A stretch of 64,000 nt of DNA from NCBI GenBank assembly GCA_963749915.1, contig CAVVOP010000009.1, positions 1-64,000 on the forward strand. Direction: 5' to 3'. The notes beneath the pieces are model-generated. The model was not told the DNA's origin, ran no database searches, and saw only the letters and a list, made by a program, of their open reading frames with translations. The translations under genes and the position numbers were made by a program. Positions within the stretch are counted from its first letter, which is position 1, and every line of letters begins with the position of its first letter. This DNA is from an uncultured cyanobacterium (GTDB lineage: Bacteria; Cyanobacteriota; Cyanobacteriia; Cyanobacteriales; Cyanobacteriaceae). This document shows, piece after piece, positions 44,289 through 52,796 of this stretch.

Positions 44289-45888
44289 ATCTAAAAATTA
44301 TCCTGACTTTTCTCTCAATCCTAATAATATTGGAATCGGCGATTGGGTATTTGCCAGGGGGAATGTCGGCAAAGTAACTGATATTCATGTTAATAACGGC
44401 AAGATGTTGCAGTTTTGGGTTAATTGGGATAGTTCTAATGTTCCTAGTCCTGAACTGGCTAACAATCTTCAGAAGGTTAATAAACCTATGGCGATCTCAG
44501 ATAGCATTCAGGAAGTATCAGGAAGGATTAAGCTGACTTTACTTACCATTGATGTCAACCTACAGCAGAGGGTAGAGATTAATAATTCTGTGGTGGATGA
44601 TTATGCTAATGCTTATTCTGAAGGTACAGAACTTCCTCCTATAACTGTCTGGAGAGAAGAAGGGAAAAGGGAAGAGGGAATAGGGAGTAGTGACAATAAT
44701 CAATTATTTGATTCTCATCATTCTGAATTAACCACCACTACCCACTGCCCACTGCCCACTCCTCGTTATTATTTGGTTGATGGTTTTCACCGAGTAGAAG
44801 CGGCGAAACAAGCAGGAATAACTGAATTACCCTTTATCGAAAAATCTGGTACTTATCGAGAAGCTTTATTGTTTTCTCTGACGGTTAATGCTACTCATGG
44901 ACTTCGCCGTAGTAATGCTGATAAACGAAAAGCTGTCATGACTCTACTTGAAGATTCTGAATGGAGTCAGTGGAGCGATCGGGAAATTGCTCGCCAATGT
45001 GGAGTTAGTCATCAGTTTGTCAACAATCTTCGTAAATCTATCTGTCAACCGTTGACAGATACAAATCTTAACAATTCGGATGAGTCTATCTGTCATTCGT
45101 TGACAGATACAAATCTTAACAATCAGAGAAAAGTCACACGAGGGGGAAAAACATATATTCAGGATACTACCAATATTGGTAAACCTAAGTCATCAGAATC
45201 ATTAACACCAGTAGAAGATAATCAGATAATTTCTGAACAACTATCAGAAGATATAGAGGTCACAGATTTTCAGGAAAATAACCTTATCTATAATGCCCCG
45301 GTAGAAATAGATAATGGTAATACTACTGCTGAATTAATAGATTCTGCTAATATCAAACCCACTAAAGGAAAACAGAAAATAACTAATCCCTTATCTATAG
45401 GCGATCGAGTTAAGGTAAAAGATAATCATTATTTTGGTGGGCGTGAAGGAGTCGTTACCCAGATTAGTTCTCCTAGTTCTCTTGTGGTTGCTTTTGATAA
45501 TGACCAACGAGAGTTAATCCGACTCCAAGATTTAGATTTACCATCATTATCTAAACCACAAAAACCTCAAAAGAAAGAAATTCTGATTAAAGAAGGGCTT
45601 AATTATAAAGCCGGACAAGGTTGTAAATGGTATGTTGAGGTTGAGGAAGAAGATTATCGTCTCTTTCAAGAATATCAAAGACAAGTTAATGCTCCCACTA
45701 TTCGCTCCTGTTTAGTCAGAGCTGTAGAGGGGCAAAAACAGGAAAAATCACCGATTAAAACTGATGATTTACTGATTAATTTAAGTAGTAAAATTAGTTA
45801 TCTGAATCAAGAACAAAGATTGTTGTTAGCTAAACAATTAATTGAATCAGACCCAGATATTTTCAACAAAATCATCAAGGAAAAATAA
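44281..45888 (+). CDS. ParB-like protein, copy 2
   Basis: Same architecture as copy 1; HTH SDREIARQCGVSHQFVNNLR; different C-terminus; start overlaps the rep stop (ATGCTTAA). Confidence 0.8.
   Translation: MLKSKNYPDFSLNPNNIGIGDWVFARGNVGKVTDIHVNNGKMLQFWVNWDSSNVPSPELANNLQKVNKPMAISDSIQEVSGRIKLTLLTIDVNLQQRVEINNSVVDDYANAYSEGTELPPITVWREEGKREEGIGSSDNNQLFDSHHSELTTTTHCPLPTPRYYLVDGFHRVEAAKQAGITELPFIEKSGTYREALLFSLTVNATHGLRRSNADKRKAVMTLLEDSEWSQWSDREIARQCGVSHQFVNNLRKSICQPLTDTNLNNSDESICHSLTDTNLNNQRKVTRGGKTYIQDTTNIGKPKSSESLTPVEDNQIISEQLSEDIEVTDFQENNLIYNAPVEIDNGNTTAELIDSANIKPTKGKQKITNPLSIGDRVKVKDNHYFGGREGVVTQISSPSSLVVAFDNDQRELIRLQDLDLPSLSKPQKPQKKEILIKEGLNYKAGQGCKWYVEVEEEDYRLFQEYQRQVNAPTIRSCLVRAVEGQKQEKSPIKTDDLLINLSSKISYLNQEQRLLLAKQLIESDPDIFNKIIKEK
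45039..45109. promoter_or_regulatory. Two intragenic palindromes, candidate parS-like sites of copy 2
   Basis: TATCTGTCAAC-C-GTTGACAGATA (45039-45061, perfect) and TATCTGTCATT-C-GTTGACAGATA (45087-45109, 9/11). Confidence 0.65.
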
Positions 45889-45891
45889 AAT

Positions 45892-46068
45892 ATGGAAGAT
45901 AACGAAACAGTTTTTGTTACCCAAAAGTTTGATGGTAAACAAATCAAAAATGTTTACCATGTACCAGTCAGTCCAGAAATCTACTTTCAACTAGAACTAC
46001 TGAGAAGACAATTAAACTTCAAAACTCATAGTGAAGTTATTCGATATTTATTAGAAAAAAATCAATAA
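45892..46068 (+). CDS. Small putative DNA-binding protein (RHH-like), 58 aa; not in the ORF track
   Basis: VPVSPEIYFQLELLRRQLNFKTHSEVIRYLL; starts 3 nt after the parB stop. Confidence 0.5.
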   Translation: MEDNETVFVTQKFDGKQIKNVYHVPVSPEIYFQLELLRRQLNFKTHSEVIRYLLEKNQ

Positions 46069-46104
46069 CTTAAAATTAAAAACAGTCTTGACTGAGCTAT
46101 TCTT

Positions 46105-47127
46105 ATGTCCCCTAACCCAGATGTTCTGTTTCAACCAGCTGCGTATCCACATCAATTTTCAGCAATGGGATACTTGCGGGGAACTTTTCAGCCAAATTCA
46201 ACTGAAGAAATCAAACCTTTTATCCGGGGAAAATTTTTGAGCTCAGAAGGAATAGAACTGATTGCATCCATTAAGAAAAGAGCTTGGGAGAAACTAAGAG
46301 GGCGGGAAGATTTCTCCTCAGACGCGCTTTTTTTTTGGCGGGTATATTTTCGCACGACCAAAGAGGGAACCCTCACGTCTATTGAGCTGATTAAATATCT
46401 AATTAATCCTCCTTTGCTAGTTTCCCCCGATAGGGAAACAAAAGATGAGCTCACCGATTTATTTAGAGTAAGAGGGCGAATTGAAAGAATTTTTCCCGAC
46501 AACTTTTCCGTGCGAGTAGAGCGGAATGATTCGCCCCCAAGAGGCAAAGAAAATAGTTTGCAATGGAAACCTTTTTATCTGACGATAATGGGTTCCTTAC
46601 CCGATGAAGCGGTGAGGGAACAATTCTGGGAATTATTCTGTACCAGAGAACTCGAATTTCTCAGACTAAAAAAAGCCACCTTGATCGAAGACTATATGGT
46701 ACAAGGGTGGGAAAAAAATAAGTCCAGATCACGAACCCAATCAAAGAGAAACCAAGAAACTTCAAAATCAGTAAGACCATTAGAGGAGAGTGAAATTATT
46801 ATGATTAATGGAAGACAGCCTGAAATGACGGTGAAGTTCAGTCAACGTCCCGATGTTCCGACACAAGGCAAGAAAGTCATCCTACAAGTTACCGGGGAAA
46901 ATGGCATCGTCGTTAAAGCCGAGTTAAATCGGAAGACCTTGAAAAAGCAGGTAGCGAAGATGGATAGCTTTGCTGATTGGGTTGGCGCACTGTCAGGGAA
47001 GATTGCGAGGACTTCTCCTGATGGCGTCATTGAATTAGAGAGTGCTGGTGTGAATGTGTTTGAGAAAAAACCCAAAGCCGCTGAATCCACAACAGCCCAA
47101 GTAGAGGGCGAAACAGCGAGGAATTAA
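46105..47127 (+). CDS. Hypothetical protein of a cyanobacterial plasmid-type family
   Basis: 340-aa ORF; QFSAMGYLRG N-terminus and a separate C-terminal domain (GRQPEMTVKF). Confidence 0.6.
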   Translation: MSPNPDVLFQPAAYPHQFSAMGYLRGTFQPNSTEEIKPFIRGKFLSSEGIELIASIKKRAWEKLRGREDFSSDALFFWRVYFRTTKEGTLTSIELIKYLINPPLLVSPDRETKDELTDLFRVRGRIERIFPDNFSVRVERNDSPPRGKENSLQWKPFYLTIMGSLPDEAVREQFWELFCTRELEFLRLKKATLIEDYMVQGWEKNKSRSRTQSKRNQETSKSVRPLEESEIIMINGRQPEMTVKFSQRPDVPTQGKKVILQVTGENGIVVKAELNRKTLKKQVAKMDSFADWVGALSGKIARTSPDGVIELESAGVNVFEKKPKAAESTTAQVEGETARN

Positions 47128-47130
47128 GCT

Positions 47131-47487
47131 ATGAAAGAATGTTGTTATTGTGAGTCGAGCCGTGGTCGTTTAATCGTCATTCAAAATCACTATTGGCATA
47201 AGCAATGCTTAATGTCTCGCTCTCGATATTTTGATTATCTTCAGGGAAATCTTAATTTACAAAGACCAGAAAAGAAAATTAGTAGTAGAAAACGACAAGA
47301 ACAAATTTACCAATATATTAAGGGGTTTATCAATCAACATGGTCAATCTCCGACGATTGATAATCTGATCAGAAATTTGGGATACGAAAGACATACCATT
47401 AAAAAGACAATTAATGCTCTAGTTGAAAAAGGTTATCTTGAGCGAGAAAAAAGAAGTATCACACTTGGTGTTTTGTCTGTAGAGTAA
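47131..47487 (+). CDS. LexA-like winged-helix DNA-binding protein
   Basis: RQEQIYQYIKGFINQHGQSPTI...INALVEKGYLER. Confidence 0.65.
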   Translation: MKECCYCESSRGRLIVIQNHYWHKQCLMSRSRYFDYLQGNLNLQRPEKKISSRKRQEQIYQYIKGFINQHGQSPTIDNLIRNLGYERHTIKKTINALVEKGYLEREKRSITLGVLSVE

Positions 47488-47719
47488 TTCTTAAATATTT
47501 CGACCACTAAACTTAATATATTATACTACAGCGATATGTTGGTAGGCATGGGGAGGAGGCTCTACTCGCTTTGCTCTGACGATCGCAAGAGCGTCAGCTT
47601 ATGGAAGCACCAAATCAATTAACTATAAGTAAAGAGATTGTTTTTAGGGAAATAATTACTCGAATCAGACCCAGATATTTTCAAGAAAATCATGAAGGAA
47701 AAATAAAATATGGAACATT

Positions 47720-48091
47720 ATGATATTATTTGTTCGCAACTTTCTTTTTAAAACAACAATGACAACATCAAATCTATTTGTTGGAAAATGGCATATTAAT
47801 GAGATGGAAATGTGGGACGAAGATTACTTTAATATGGAAACCCAAGCCTACGTAGAAATTAAACCAAATAATAAAGGGGAATTTCAATTTGGCTTAGTAA
47901 CTGGATATTTCAATGGTTATTTAGAACAAATAGGTAATATCGAACGCTTTGCTTTTACATGGGAAGGTAACGACGAAATGGACGATGCTAGTGGTAGTGG
48001 TTGGATGCAAATAATAAATGAAAATGAAGTAGAAGGATTGATCAATCTTGATGATGGAGACGAATCTCTTTTCAAAGCCAAAAGACAATAA
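47720..48091 (+). CDS. Hypothetical acidic beta-rich protein
   Basis: GKWHINEMEMWD and FTWEGNDEMDDASGSGW motifs. Confidence 0.65.
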   Translation: MILFVRNFLFKTTMTTSNLFVGKWHINEMEMWDEDYFNMETQAYVEIKPNNKGEFQFGLVTGYFNGYLEQIGNIERFAFTWEGNDEMDDASGSGWMQIINENEVEGLINLDDGDESLFKAKRQ

Positions 48092-48170
48092 TTTGCCTTT
48101 GACTATTTCCTATTATTCCTCGAACACACTATAATTACTTGATAAATTTTAACAATTTCTGTGTGAGGAA

Positions 48171-48392
48171 ATGTCAAACTTAATATTCATCGAAGCTCGT
48201 GGTGGCTTAACTACGGGTGAAAGATTGTTACAGGTAATTAATCAATATCCTGATGGTTGTACTATAAAACATCTCAGTAATAGTATTAACCGCCCTGTAT
48301 CAATGATTAACTTATCTCTGAAAGCATTGATTAGTAATAAACAGATTAAGGTGAAGCTAATGGGAATGCAGAGGTTAGTTTATCCCCATTAG
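48171..48392 (+). CDS. Small winged-helix protein
   Basis: GCTIKHLSNSINRPVSMINLSLKALIS. Confidence 0.6.
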   Translation: MSNLIFIEARGGLTTGERLLQVINQYPDGCTIKHLSNSINRPVSMINLSLKALISNKQIKVKLMGMQRLVYPH

Positions 48393-48513
48393 CTTCACCT
48401 ATACCATTACAAAATACACAGGTTTCTTCCCTCTGGATTTCTCCTGTGCAATCCCTGATTTCTACATATCCTTTACCGTCACAGTGTTTACACTTTTCTT
48501 TCTGGTTACTCAT
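48346..48513 (-). CDS. Small DnaJ-type zinc-finger protein, 55 aa; not in the ORF track
   Basis: CKHCDGKG...CVFCNGIG (two CxxCxGxG motifs). Confidence 0.65.
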   Translation of the reverse strand: MSNQKEKCKHCDGKGYVEIRDCTGEIQREETCVFCNGIGEANGDKLTSAFPLASP

Positions 48514-48558
48514 TTTTTCCCTCAACTATCTTAATTTCCTCTAATAGCAGTTGCTTTT

Positions 48559-48660
48559 TTAACCTCTCTGGGGCGGAAGAATGGCCTCGTCCTTAATCAG
48601 TTGTTTGAGGATGGATTCGAGGGTGTGAGTGGAGTTGTCGATGTAGTCGGGGATGGGCAT
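48559..48660 (-). pseudogene. Possible N-terminal stub of an R-M-associated helicase gene
   Basis: MPIPDYIDNSTHTLESILKQLI abuts the preceding stop; IDN start resembles PLD/SNF2 helicases (from recall, unverified). Confidence 0.4.
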
Positions 48661-49161
48661 TTACTGATTGTTTTGAAGAAATCTAGGATCATTAATCATC
48701 AACTGAATAAGTTCTTTCTTTATGTTGTATAAAGCTTGAGGTTGAATCAAAAAATTGAGTCTAATTGTATTGAATTTATGTGTATCATTCTCTTTCTTTA
48801 ATTCAATTATTTCCTTTAATGCTTGTATCTCTTTTTGCCTGTGGTTTGGATGATTATAGACGATCCAATGCAAATAAGGAATTATTTCTGAATATAGACT
48901 GAATATTTCCTTACTTTCTTCTATCTTTAAGACATAATTTACTCCGTGTTCTGCGTTTAAATCTGTCCACAAAGCCTCTATTAAGTTCAAATTAGAAATA
49001 CATTTTTGATAACCATTCCATAACTTTTCTTTTTCCCAATTTTGAGCATCTTTCCTTAATTGATAACGATTATTTAAGAAAGTAATGAATATTGCAATGC
49101 CTCCACCAACTAACGAGCTAATAACATATTTCCAACCGTCAGGAATATCCAAAAAAGTCAT
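48661..49161 (-). CDS. Hypothetical protein with N-terminal TM helix
   Basis: 166-aa AT-rich ORF coupled to the end of the R-M gene. Confidence 0.6.
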   Translation of the reverse strand: MTFLDIPDGWKYVISSLVGGGIAIFITFLNNRYQLRKDAQNWEKEKLWNGYQKCISNLNLIEALWTDLNAEHGVNYVLKIEESKEIFSLYSEIIPYLHWIVYNHPNHRQKEIQALKEIIELKKENDTHKFNTIRLNFLIQPQALYNIKKELIQLMINDPRFLQNNQ

Positions 49162-49166
49162 TAATG

Positions 49167-51720
49167 TTACTCTCCCCTAATAATTTTCATTTCCTCAGCA
49201 GTCAGCCCATACAAATGAGCAACCCTATCATCAATCTCCGCTTCCCACTGCTCACAGTTAATTCCTTTTGCATCAAGGCATTTTTGGACTAAGGAGGCGA
49301 TCGCTTCTTTCTCTGCTTCTGTGGCTTTGGGGATGGGTATTTGTGAGATATATTGACGCTTTAATCTTAGTCTTCCCCCCTTATTGGGATCTCCTAATAC
49401 TGAACAAATAGATGTTAAGTAAAACCAAACAATAGAAGTATTTAAAATACCCAGTAAATATAAGTTATTAGTTGGAATAAAAAAAGCTGTTGCTTCCACA
49501 TAAATGGATTCTATATCTAAGCAAAATCTAGGTTCTTTCGCTATATCAGGAAAAATAATTTTAGTATTTTCTAAATATTTTACATAATTTAATTGAGGTT
49601 GCTGTAGTTCATACCATGCTTGTTTTGTTGCTCTTTTTTCTAGCCTTTCTTTATAGCGTTCTAAATGATTAATAACAGAAGAATAATTGTTTATATTTAT
49701 TCCATGCGGTAAATAGATTAAATATTTTTGCTGATAATTTATTCTCCATTTTCTAACATCATTACCAACAATAAGTTTTTTAATAACTGGTTCACTAGCA
49801 GGATACTCATTAATTAATTTATCTCTTGTTTCTTGATCAATAATAAAGGCTTCATTTAATCCTGTTTTGATTCCCCAATAAATTTGTCCATTAACATAAT
49901 CATTAAGAGTAATTAATTGAGACTCTAATTTAGTTATAAAACTAGCAACTTTGTTATCTGTTAATGTCCAATTATCTCCTTTAATAGCAGTCTCAGGTAA
50001 GTTTTGACCTTGTTTTTTGACAAGAGCATAAATATCTGGATAAGGGGGATCTAAAGATTTAACTTGTGTAAAAACAAATGATTGTTTATCGGTGCGTTGT
50101 TTTTGAGTAATAAAAATCATTGGAAAAGTCGCCGCCACAAATACAGGTAATTCTCCAAAATCAATAATTCTATGGATTTGGGATTTTATCGCTAAATATT
50201 TGCGTAAATTTTCCCCATAATTAGTCGTTAACCATTTATTTGAGGTAATATAGGTTAAATAACCATTTTCTCTGAGTAATTTTAAACCTTGTTCATAAAA
50301 ATAAACATATAAATCAGCTCTTCCTGTATAAGATTCATACTGTAATTGTAATGTTGGTTTTATCTCTTTTATTTTTTCCATTCTTACATAAGGGGGATTA
50401 CCAATAACAATATCAAAGCCTTTTACCCCGAACATCCACTCACGATCAAACCCGAACATCCACTCACGATCAAAGAAGTCAGAGCTAACATTCTGGTCAT
50501 AGGGATTCCATCTAGCTAAAGTATCTGCGATCGCACCTTGAAGACCAGTATTTTTAAGGAGGGTAGTAATCTCTGTTCTAAGTTGTTGGTCTAATTCCTT
50601 ACAGCGTTGCTTATCTTGGGGATTATTAGCAGAGAAGTAGTTATGACGGACTTGTTTAAGTTCAGCTTCTTTCTGGTAAACTTCGGGGGAACGGAGGGTA
50701 TTTTGGGTGTCAATACCGATGAGGGTATTAGCAGAGACAAACTTAGTTTCGAGGTTAGGGAGAGGGAGAATGCCACGATTAGGGCGATTATCATTAACCT
50801 TCTGCTCAACTATGAGGGAGATAAAGAACCGTAGTTTAGAGATTTGAACTGCAATAGGTTGAATGTCAACACCATAAACACAGTTCTCAATGAGGAATAA
50901 TTTACGGGGATAATCCTGTTCATTATGGTTAAACTCATCTTCTATCTGCTGTAACCTAGTTTGTAACTGTGCTATAGCCTTATCCCTTGCTTCCTCGTAG
51001 CTAATTTTCTGTGCCTGTGTAATATCAGCTAGTAAGGGTGCGATCGCTCTTTCTTTTTGTTGATTACGCCATTGTTCATTATGGGGGTCAAGTTTAGAGA
51101 GGATATGAACCAGTTTTTGGAGGATACCCATAGGAAAAGCACCGCTACCACAGGCAGGGTCAAGGATTTTGAGGTTATCAATAGCAGTAATGATTTTTGT
51201 CTGAGTATCAGGAGTAAAAGGATTAACCTCTGAGAAAGATAGTAAATCCCTCAGCTTAGACTCCAACTCGTCTTCTTTACCGATAAATGGGTTATTATCT
51301 ACCTTCCCTTGTATAGTTAACTGTCCTTGAGTATATTTATTACCAATAAAATTAATCTGGTTACTACCGACTTCCACAAAACCATTATTATCCTCTAATA
51401 ACTGATTTTTTAGGTAAGCAATAATACTCTCATCAACCATATAGTTAACAATTTCTCTGGGGGTATAAAACGACCCAGTTTGTTTTCGTGCGGTGCTTTC
51501 TGTTTCAGGGTTATATTCGGCTAACAGATTCTCGAATACTTTACCGAGTAACTCAGGGTCAAGGGCAATCTCCTCATCTATCGGTGTATTTTCATCAATG
51601 GTGAACTTGTAATCATTGAAAATATTGATGATACCTCTTACCTTCTCTTTGTTTCTACTCTTTTGTCCATAAATCTGACTCAGGTCTATTGTGTCCTCAC
51701 CACCGAAGAATAGTTTATTA
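49167..51720 (-). pseudogene. Type IIG / Eco57I-like R-M adenine methyltransferase, 5'-truncated by IS982
   Basis: GSFYTPREIV, ILDPACGSGAF and IVIGNPPY motifs; TaqI-like TRD; the apparent start lies inside the IS. Confidence 0.88.
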
Positions 51721-52684
51721 ACCTCAGTTTTGGATAAGAAAACAGGCAGATAGTAAGCTGAATATAGCACACATCAAACTAACTACTGTCTTATGTTTAA
51801 TTTAGATTATTTATTTTGTCATGTCGATGATTTCTGCCAACAATTTGAGCCTCAATGGCAAAACAAGCTCTTATTTCATGGAGCGGTCAGCCGTATTCGA
51901 GGGAAAAGTTTGTGTTTAAGTGAAATTATGACTATCCTGATTGCTTTTCACCAAAATCATTATCGTAATTTCAAACATTTTTACCTGAATCATGTTCAAC
52001 AATATTGGTCGAATGCTTTTCCTAAACTTCCCAGTTATCAGCGATTTATTCAATGGGTTCCATCAACGATCATTCCTTTGTGTGTTTATCTTAAACATTG
52101 CTTTGGTAATTGTACTGGGATTAGTTTTATCGATTCGACTAAAATTCAAGTCTGTCATCATCGACGTATTTCACGCCATAAGGTCTTTCAGGATTTAGCC
52201 CAAAGAGGGAAAACCTCTGTGGACTGGTTTTTTGGATTTAAACTTCATCTGGTTGTCAATGAACTGGGGGAAATTATCAATATGAGTTTAACTCCAGGTA
52301 ATGTTGATGACCGTAAACCCGTCGTTGACCTTTTAAAAGAGCTTTGGGGAAAAGTCTTTGGCCATAGAGGTTATGTGTCACAAAAATTAGCGACCAAGCT
52401 ACTGGAAGATTTTGGAATCGAGTTTTTTGCCAAACCTAAACGTAACATGAAGAACAAATTAATGAGACTTCATGACAAATTATTATCTCGCAAGGGATCG
52501 ATTATAGAAACAATTAATGACCAATTAAAGAATATCTCACAAATAGAACATTCTCGTCATCGTTCACCAATAAATTTTTGTGTTAATCTATTATGTGGAT
52601 TAATCGCATATTGTCACCAACCAAAGAAGCCAAGCCTTCGTCTGGAATGGTTTTTACCTCAATCTGCTTAACCAAAACTGAGGT
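51721..52684 (+). mobile_element. IS982 family element; transposase 51793-52671
   Basis: IR ACCTCAGTTTTGG / CCAAAACTGAGGT; FIDST, GFKLHL and IETINDQLK motifs; no TSD seen. Confidence 0.9.
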
Positions 52685-52796
52685 TAATTTTAAGGTGTAA
52701 TTGGTTTTGGCAAGACGATCTCCAGAATCTCTTCAAATTTTTCTCCAGATTTTCTTTTGTGTAAATTGTCTGAGGGATTTATTTTCGTCATTTTCG

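Noticed and set aside
36794..45652. Diversity-generating retroelement (template/variable repeat pair)
   Set aside because: Differences are not adenine-specific and include indels; the only RT-related sequence is a distant group II intron fragment.
36794..45652. Site-specific shufflon/invertase system
   Set aside because: No recombinase gene or short crossover sites were recognised; only homologous recombination is plausible.
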